A stretch of DNA of 64,000 nt from Octopus vulgaris. Its lineage: Eukaryota. The stretch lies in NCBI GenBank assembly GCA_951406725.2, contig OX597831.1, positions 50,096,001 to 50,160,000 of the forward strand, written 5' to 3'. The notes beneath the pieces were generated by a model. It saw only the letters and a list, made by a program, of their open reading frames with translations, did not search any database and was not told the DNA's origin. Of this stretch, positions 54,519-64,000 are shown in pieces; position 1 is the stretch's first letter, and the number at the start of each line of letters is the position of its first letter. A program made the position numbers and the translations under genes.

Positions 54519-54598
<80 letters not shown>

Positions 54599-54599
54599 A

Positions 54600-55340
54600 T
54601 GTATCTATATATCTGTGTCTGTGTTTGTGTTTGTTAACCATCACCGCTTGAAAGCCGCTGTTGGTGTGTTTACGTACCCGTAATCCAGCGGTTCGGCAAA
54701 ACAGACGTAGAATAAGTACTAGGCTTAAAAAAATAAGTCATGGGGTCGATTTACACGACTACAACCTTTCAAGGCGCTGTTTCAGCATGGCTGAAGTCAA
54801 GTGACTGAAATAAAAAAAAGAATACAAGTATGTATGTATGTATGTATGTATGTATGTATGTATGTATGTATGTATGTATGTATGTATGCATGTATGTATG
54901 TTTGTATGTATGTATATTTGTATGTATCTAGGCGCTGGAATGGCTATCTGGTAAGTAGCTTGCATACCAACCACATGGTCCCGGGTTCAGACCTGCTGCG
55001 TGGCACCTTGGGCAAGTGTCTTCTACTATAGCCTTGGGCCGACCAAAGCCTTGTAAGTGGATTTGGTAGACGGAAACTAGAAGAAGCCTGTCGTATATGT
55101 ATATATATATATGTGTGTATGTGTGTATATGTTTGTGTGTCTGTTTGTCCGGTCCCCAGCATCGCTTGACAACCGATGCTTGTGTGTTTACGTCCCCGTA
55201 ACTTAGATATTCGGCAAAAAGAAACCGATAGTATAAGTACTAGGCTTACAAAGAATCAGCTTTGGCGTCGATTATAAAGGCGGTGCTCCAGCATGGCCGC
55301 AGTCAAATGACTGAAACAAGTAAAAGAGTAAAAGAGAGTA
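54600..55340 (+). mobile_element. SINE family 1: 3' half (54600-54825) and full copy (54929-55340)
   Basis: Matches the family consensus seen elsewhere in the window. Confidence 0.88.
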
Positions 55341-56077
55341 AAGAGTATGTATATATGTATGTAATAACACACAAGGTCTCGCGCTGACCCCAGTGTCCAA
55401 TCGAAGAGATACACATTTACACAATGGAATTCCCTTATAGAATTATCGAATAGCACATTATCTAGCGTGTTATCCTTCCACTAAAATATGAATTGAAATA
55501 GGACTTGATAACTGCTTTAGCACGTTAAGCAACCATAAGGGAATAAACAACCCCATTCCACTTTTTTTTTTTATCCATAGCTTTCTCAATAATTCTGATG
55601 TTTATTATTTCAGTAAGTATTTGTTTAAGGTTTCTTTTTCACTGCAAACCAGTTCGCAATGGCTGTTATGAAATGTATTAGTAATATTCAATTTACAGTT
55701 TGCTGGTAACAAGCTGTCGATAACGTAGAAAAGTATAAATTTAATATTGTTACTGTGTAATTTTGCTGTAGCTTTTAGACTGCATCGATTGTTGTCCACA
55801 TTCTTGTAGACCTTTGTTAATTTTTCATTGAAATTTTTCTTACGGAATGAATACTTTATACATACATGTCTCACACCTATACATTCCTCTATTCTCTGAA
55901 TCCCTTCTGTCTGTCTCCTCTCTCTCTCTCTCCCTCCAGCTGCCTTGACGGTGAACGCGTGATACACACACACACACACACGCATATATATATGTAAATT
56001 TATATACCTGTATGCATCTATGTGTGTGAATGTATGTGTATTCAAGTATATATATGCCTATATATATATTCTTGTAT

Positions 56078-56946
56078 TATTTTACCTGTTTCAGTCATTT
56101 GACTGCGGCCATGCTGGAGCACCACCTTTAGTTGAACGATTCGACCCCAGGACTTATTCTTTGTAAGCCTAGTACTTATTCTATCGGTCTCTTTTACTGA
56201 ACCGCTACGTTACGCGGATGTAAACACACCAGCATCGGTTGTCAAGCGATGTTGGGGGGACAATACATATATATATATATACATATATACGACGGGCTTC
56301 TTTCAGTTTCCGTCTGCCAAATCCACTCACAAGGCTTTGGTCGGCCCAAGGCTATAGCAGAAGACATATACCTAAGGTGCCACGCAGTGGGACAGAACTC
56401 GGAACCATGTGGTTGGTAAGCAAGCTACTTACCACACAGTTACGTATATGTATGTATAGTTATATATATGTATGCATCTATGTGTGTGACTGTATGTGTA
56501 TTCATGTATATATATATATGCCTATATATAGTCTTGTATTGTTTTACTTGTTTTAGTCATTTGACTGCGTCCATACTGGAGCACCGCCTTTAGTCGAGCA
56601 AATCGACCCCAGGACTTATTCCTTGTTAGCTTAGTATTTATTCTATCGGTCTTTACTACCGAACCGCTAATGTTACGTGGATGTAAACATACCAGCATCG
56701 GTTTTCAAGCGATGATGGGGGACAAACACAGTCCCCCCCCACACACACACACTTATATACATATATATATATATATATATACGACGGGCTGCTTTCAGTT
56801 TCCGTCAACCAAATCCACCCACAAGGCATTGGTCTGCCCTAGGCTATAATAGAAGACACTTGCCCAGGATGCTAGGCAGTGCGACTAAACCCGGAACCAT
56901 GTGGTTGGTAAGCAAGCAACTTACCACGCAGTCATTTCTGCGCCTA
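56078..56946 (-). mobile_element. Two tandem family 1 SINEs (56078-56440, 56540-56946)
   Basis: Matches the family consensus; the flank TATATATATGCCTATATATA.TCTTGTATT is also duplicated. Confidence 0.9.
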
Positions 56947-56958
56947 CATATATATATG

Positions 56959-57025
<67 letters not shown>

Positions 57026-57903
57026 TACATATATATATATTATATATATGTATATTATATATATATATTTATATATATATTATATATATTTATATGTATA
57101 TTTATTATATATATATATATATATATATATATTACATACATATATTATATATATGTATATTATATATATATATATTTATATATATATATTATATATATGT
57201 ATATTTATTATATATATATGTATATGCATATATACATGCACGCATATAAATGTGTGTATATATATATATATTTATATATATATATATATATACATACATA
57301 TGTACATACATATATATATATATATACATATGTATATATATATATATATACATATGTACATATATATATATATGTACATATATACATATGTACATATATA
57401 ATATATATATATATATATGAATATGTGTATATATATGTATGTATGTATATATATACATATATATATATATATGTATGTATGCATGTGTGCATATATGAAA
57501 GTGAATCGCTGCCTGCGGCGCTAGCAGCCATAATGGGGAACTACATTCAAAATATTTGCTTCTGACATCGACCTCGTTACATATATCAGTCTGGAACTTA
57601 GTTTTATCCATATATTTTCGTTTTTCCAATTACTGATCACGGGAATTGGAGAACCACAATATAAATACAAGACAGCGCTTCTTAAGAACAGTCTGTTGCA
57701 TAGATACATTTAAACACTTTTGAGCACGTTTATTAGCGTATGCATATACATTTATACAAATTTACACACTCTCACAGATGTACGTGCATCATGTATGTGT
57801 AATTATATACAAATGTTATTCCGCATTTCAGCAACTGTTACCGTCTACAATTTCAGGCCTGACATATATATATCTTTACATATGAATTTTTTGCCTAATA
57901 AGA

Positions 57904-58059
57904 TAAATAGCCAAGGCTGTGTAGATATTAGAACATTTATTGATAGAAGGTCTTACAGCTGTTTCCAGGATATTTATTAATTAAATAGCCAAGGCTGTGT
58001 AGATATTAGAACATTTATTGATAGAAGGTCTTACAGCTGTTTCCAGGATATTTATTAAT
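57904..58059. repeat. Exact 78-bp tandem duplication
   Basis: TAAATAGCCAAGG...GGATATTTATTAAT at 57904-57981 and 57982-58059. Confidence 0.95.
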
Positions 58060-58079
58060 TATATCCCTTCATCGGAGAT
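58027..58079 (-). ncRNA. Hammerhead-like variant (CCGAUGA core)
   Basis: TCT-CCGATGA-A-GGGATAT(AATTAATAA)ATATCCT-G-GAAA-CAGCTG-TA-AGA. Confidence 0.55.
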
Positions 58080-59049
58080 GGTGTGAGAGGATGGTTAAGT
58101 AATAGTTAGTTTAGATAGGACACAAAATAGAGAGTGATGTGAAGGAAAGAAAATAGATGTAAGATATGTAGAAATATTGAAGTTGTAGATCCAATTTTTA
58201 GGTATAATGATATATATGTAAGATTCCAATACCTTATGAGTAAAATCCAACAGTATTTAAAATGGGCCCTTCCAAATATAGAGTTTATACACAATGTAAG
58301 ATTCCAATACCATATGAGTGAAATCAGCATTATTTAAACTTGGTCATTCCAAGTACAGAATTTATACACAGTGTTGCAGAGTCAAAGGTAATGACACCAT
58401 CACCTCTTATAACCTCAATATATATATATATATATATATATATACGATGTAGTGCCTCCTTAATGTCTAAAACCGCAAACATTACGTAAATTTTCATTTC
58501 GAACTTTTGTGCGAACTGACGTTGCAAAGATTGTTGATACAGAAAGAATTGTAACTTTCTTTGTCTTCTTATCAATTGAATATATATACATGTATACATG
58601 CACTCTATAATTCAGCATATATGCATACATAAATACACACACATGAATAAAAAATTTCCAGTGTTTCAAGTTTCATGTTTCGGCGTCAGAGATGAGTGAC
58701 GTTTAATGGTCCTAAGTAAGTATCGGATTTATGTGACCATAGCAAACAAACTTGAATATGGAATGCATTTATTACTAAGAATTTTATGACATATGTTATA
58801 CTAATGTAACAAGTATTAAGATACAACAATTGGTAAATTGTTCGCAATATCGAATTTCACATATCAAACTCAACGGAGAGAGTAACCAGATTACACTGTA
58901 GTAACGTCGTTTGATTATATTGTATGGGAAGTGTGTTGCTTTCGTTGGATGGTGAACAGTATCTGTTGTCAAAATCTGGTGCATTATTTTAGTGAAATGC
59001 ACTTTTATCGAATTATTTTCCTTGTCAGATGTTGACTTTTCTGTTTTAT

Positions 59050-59253
59050 CTTTTCCTTGTTTCAGTGATGACTGCGGTCATGCTGGGGCATCACCTTGGA
59101 CGGTTTTATTCGAACAAATCGACCTAAGGACTATTTGTTTTGAAGTCTACTGCTTATTCTATAGATATCTTTTGCAGAAACTCTTAGTCATGGGGGCGTA
59201 AACACACTAACACCGGTTGTCAACTGACGGTGGAGGGACAAACACAGACACAC

Positions 59254-59300
<47 letters not shown>

Positions 59301-59465
59301 ATATATATATATATATACGACGGGCTTCTTTCAGTTTCCGCCTACTAAATCCGCTCACAAGATTCTGGTCAGCTCGAGACCTTTAATAGAAGGCATTTGC
59401 CCAAGTTATCACACAGTGGGACTGAACCCGGAATCATGTGGTTCATAAGCAAGCTTCTTACCAAG
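59050..59465 (-). mobile_element. SINE family 1, diverged
   Basis: Matches the family consensus with more substitutions. Confidence 0.82.
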
Positions 59466-60959
59466 CGTCTCTAGTGCCCGTACTTATAAGGGGACATCTA
59501 ATTATTTCCTTAGTATTATATATGTAGTTGTAATAACATTACGTGAAAATATATGAAATGCAAGGATAAGGTCTATACATACTAACTTTAGATTTCACTC
59601 CGTTAAATTATTACCTATAGTTCAGTAATTTCCTCTGTAAACGACCAAGTCCTATATGTAAAATGTAGATTCAAGCTTATCATTTATGAATAATATATCT
59701 ACATTACAGTATTCTCCTCTATTAAATAAGTTCCTCCTCACGGTCATTAAATCATAAGTATCAATTGAAACACAGTATGCATGCCTATGTATATATTAAT
59801 ATTTTGTATGTCTGCTATGTGTGGGTGTGTGTATATATACAACCGAATAAATTCTAGACGTACTGTGGTGTATGCAGTAACATGTTTCATACTCACTATT
59901 GCCAATTTAAGAGTTGGCTTCAGTAATACTTCGTAATATTTCCGACTTTATTTTGCTATTATACGCTCCAAAGATTAGAAAAGTGAAACAGATACTTCGT
60001 ATGATATTATCTTTCCCTCGACATCAAGATTTTTCTGCACCTGATACTGAAATTCAGTTAGGCTTGTTGATCGGAAATCGATATACCCAACTCAAGTTAT
60101 TATAAGGCAAAGGACAACATATTGCAAATATTTAGCGTGTGTGTGAGAATATTCTACTTGAATATATTGTAATAGGCATAAACACACAGAAATACGCCTG
60201 AGATTATCGCATTAATACACGCTACACAAAATATACTTGTTAAGTCTGTATTAAGTTTATAAGAGCCAATTTAATGTCGCTGGAGATGTTCGTTGTGAGT
60301 AAATGGCATCTGCTAAACTAGTATTCTGAAATATTTATGTCTACAACGGAAATATAAATGTTTATTTATTTCATCCACATATATTTACATCGTGGTCAAT
60401 ATCGATCACCTACCTGTGTTTGATAATTATATTAACATAATGTGTTTTGAAATCAATTGATGCGAATTGATGCATATTGAATTTTAATATTAGCTCAAGG
60501 CCACCACTCTTGGGAAGGACATAGTTGTCTCTAAAGACATATTACTTGTGGCTTACTATATTTGATTGATGCATGTAAAGGAAAGATGAAGATATTGGAC
60601 AATTTAATCTCTGGTCTTACACTAGCTATCGATAAATATCGCAGAGCACTTTGTCTGACGCTCGAACAATACTGGGAGTTCATTGGACTCTTAAATTCAT
60701 AATAACAGTGTGAGCTATCCTTCGGTGTAGATCTATGAATGTTTTCCGTAACTGAAGTATGGCACTTAGCAATGTTCACTCCTGACCTCATCTTTAGTAG
60801 AGTTCCAGTAAATCATCGGAATTGTTTTTGAGCGATCCTTCGTTTTAACTCGAAATAATGTAAACATGGAATCGGTCATTTCCGTGACCACCTGTTGTCT
60901 TGTCAATTGTCAGTTGGGAAGAGAAAGCTAATGCATTGTGCGTGCGTGCGTGCTTGTTC

Positions 60960-61020
<61 letters not shown>

Positions 61021-62006
61021 CTTGTTCTTCTGTGTATGTGTGTGTATCTGTTCTGTTTTATTTTTATTTATATGTTGTGGAATGTAGAAATAATACAGAG
61101 GTACAAACATGCACACACACACACACACGCACAAAAGCACAAGAAAGAACAAGCACGCACACAAACAAGAATAAGCACGCGCGCGCACACCTACGCACGC
61201 GCGCGCGCGCATACACACACACACACACAGGAACAAGCACGCACAACCCATCAGTATATTTATTTTAGTGATGCCAGAACAAAATCAGGAACTGATAGAA
61301 CAAAACCTAATAAAAATTCTTGGTGAGCAAGAATGACCTAAAATTAACTGTCAAGTCTAATTAAATAGACAAGAAATTGAAAATTTTCCGCACTGGCAAT
61401 AAAATGCTGTGACACACTTTTCGATTCTCAAATCATAAACGATAACCCACAATAGAACAACAAAATTTCCAGCTTCGTAATGGATAGAGTTAACCATAAT
61501 TCGTATTAGACACTCGCTCTAAAAAATACAACTATATTCGATACTTCAAATATTAGTTTCAAATTATGGCAACATGCCTGTATGATGAGGGGAGAGGATT
61601 AAGTCGATTATATCGACCTCAGTGATAGATTGTTATCGATTTTATCGACTCCGAAAGGATAGATGGTAAACAAAACCTCGAAGGCATTTGAACTCAGAAC
61701 ATGAAGACGGACGAAATGCCGCTATGATTTTGCCCGGCGTACTAGCGATTCTGCCTGCATGCAACCTTGGATATTTCAAATTGCCAGGTAGTTTCTTTTG
61801 CATGTACAGTCTAAAATCCACACTTCATTTACCTAAATTAATAATGAGCCTAGAGTGAGGATACAAGTCTGCTCTCTTGTACATAGTTAATCTGCATGCT
61901 TAATCGTGAATCCTAAAGCGCACACGCACACACACACACACACGTACACAACACACACACACATTTATCTATATATGTATATATATATATATATATATAT
62001 AACGAA

Positions 62007-62043
<37 letters not shown>

Positions 62044-63038
62044 GGTTAAGAATAGCGGACGGGCTAACGGAGACACTTAGTGTTAAAATGGTACAGATGC
62101 ACATAATACAAAGCAAATTTCGAAGTAACCGACCGATCTTTCCCGATTACCCATCATTTCCAAGTGAGTGCTAGCTCTGTATAATATATCTATGATTCTT
62201 AACAATAAGGCCTTATATTGCTATGTGTGGCTTTCATAGGCGAAACATACGATGAAAGTAGAGTAAATTTTGTTTATAAAATACCATTTTGACTGCAACT
62301 TTAAGTTTGTTCACTGGTTCAATAAGCCTTGAGGCATATACTAAGTACTAAACGAGACTTCAAAAAACGTCATACAAAATCTAAATAAAAGAATTTCACC
62401 AGGAAATTAAGTTTAAGTTCTGCAGGTTTAATACATTTTGAATTCCAGTCAAACTAAAGTGTTTAAGTGCTAATATAAATGTTACGTTGTTCTCTTCGTA
62501 TATGTGTGTATATGTGTGTATATATGCGATTTACAACCTGTATGTTTAAACAACTTCCATTCACACGTACCTGACACATCAACTTATATATGAAAATAAA
62601 TTTTCAACTCTATAATTCAACTAGTTTTAATAGACGCAGTGCGTTGGCAATCCCATTTCACAAATCACCAATGGTTGGCCTTTAGTTGCTTCGATATTTT
62701 ACATTTATTAATATTTAATCATTAATTACTGATACTTACGTTTATTTACTCATCTTTGTATTTTGATAGTTTTCTTCTTCTTTAGTCTGTCTCTGCATTT
62801 GAACTTCTTTTTCTCTTTTCTTTTTTTTTTGTCTTTGAATTTACATACCGGATGTCTGCTGAAATTACATTAAAATCTCATCGGAAGAGCAACAACTTTA
62901 GCTCATAATCTAAGCACAAATGCCTATTTAAGTAAATTTTACATCCTCTTTCTTGATAATTAAATAGCAAAAGAAAAATCTTTCTGCAGTGTCTGAATAA
63001 GCCATCATGCGAAAATTTAATATGGAATTTTACCTTAC

Positions 63039-63079
<41 letters not shown>

Positions 63080-63565
63080 TCTATGGTTGCAGAACAAACA
63101 AATACAAGGTCATCCACGTAACATTTCATATCTCGAACATTTAATCATTGAATATACATGTATAACATCACGGAAGATGAAACATAACTCATCAGTACAA
63201 GCATATAAGAAAATGCGAGAAAAATGTGTGAATACAGTTCATCACGGTTAAAAGTTAATACTTTAGCGATTAAGAAATATATATATTTAAAAAAAAACAT
63301 TACAACACATAGAATAATAAATACGTAAAAATATAAAGTAATATATAAATATATAGATATATAAAAATATATAAAAATACATATATATAGGAAGCATATA
63401 AATAAGTAATATATAAAGTATATAAGGTAAGATAAAAGTTCATCGTTCAGAAAAATTAAATGAGACAAATGTAGCTGTCCTATTAAAGTATTTTGTTCCT
63501 GATAAGAAACAATCACTGTATTATTGACACTTTTGCTCTTTTGAGCACTTCATATATGCTGCATA

Positions 63566-63927
63566 ATGAATAAGCACTGTCTAGGTTTTTCCACAAAGAA
63601 TATTCCCATACCCTCGAATAATGCATACATGGAATCATTGATCCATCGAACCACGGAATTCATTAACAGGCTAAGATGGCGAGCCTACTTCTTTGATTTG
63701 AAAAATAATAAGAAGAGTGACAGCAGTTCTAATGAATCCAACTTTCCCGGCGAGAAAAATAATTTAACCTTAAAACCTATAGATATCCTCCGTCCAACCC
63801 AGCTCTTGCTGAGTTTGAACAGGACCTGATGAACTTAATTAAGCGTTTGAAATTTTCAAAATACACCAATCCCTTCCAGAAGGTGCTATCTCAGAAGATA
63901 TCGTCCATATCCTTATCTGAAAAGTAA
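63566..63927 (+). pseudogene. Second Naiad-type PLE, N-terminal fragment of a different family
   Basis: FSTKNIPIPS..IHRTTEFINRLRWRAYFF, then after a frameshift YPPSNPALAEFEQDLMNLIKRLKF; homologous to the start of the 38026 ORF. Confidence 0.8.
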
Positions 63928-64000
63928 TTTTTAAGAAAAAAAATTTTTTTTAATTTCTAAACGATGAAATTTTATCTTACCTTATATATTATATATTACT

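Overview
Eukaryotic, very AT-rich, repeat-dominated DNA, probably intronic or intergenic. The tRNA-derived SINE families and the density of (TA)n/(CA)n/(AAT)n microsatellites suggest an octopus-like coleoid cephalopod (inference from recalled repeat families, not a search). No host gene can be called firmly; nearly all short ORFs in the track are microsatellite artefacts. Retroelements: a near full-length, disabled Naiad-type Penelope-like element (PLE, 37.8-41.5 kb) with an inverted pseudo-LTR, a second Naiad 5' fragment, a 5'-truncated RTE LINE with an open 444-aa RT ORF, CR1-like LINEs, two R4/Dong-like LINE remnants, Tx1/L1-like remnants and three tRNA-SINE families. DNA elements: mariner and Harbinger-like MITEs and a possible Helitron. 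The main hidden signal is a dense set of type I hammerhead ribozyme (HHR) motifs: four with intact cores and about nine variant or decayed. They have palindromic stem III and mostly sit in fold-back (inverted) PLE-type insertions next to (TA)n. One carries a tRNA-Ile-like Pol III head, making it a candidate hammerhead-bearing SINE mobilised by PLEs. Coordinates were counted by eye; repeat edges may be off by a few to a few tens of bases.
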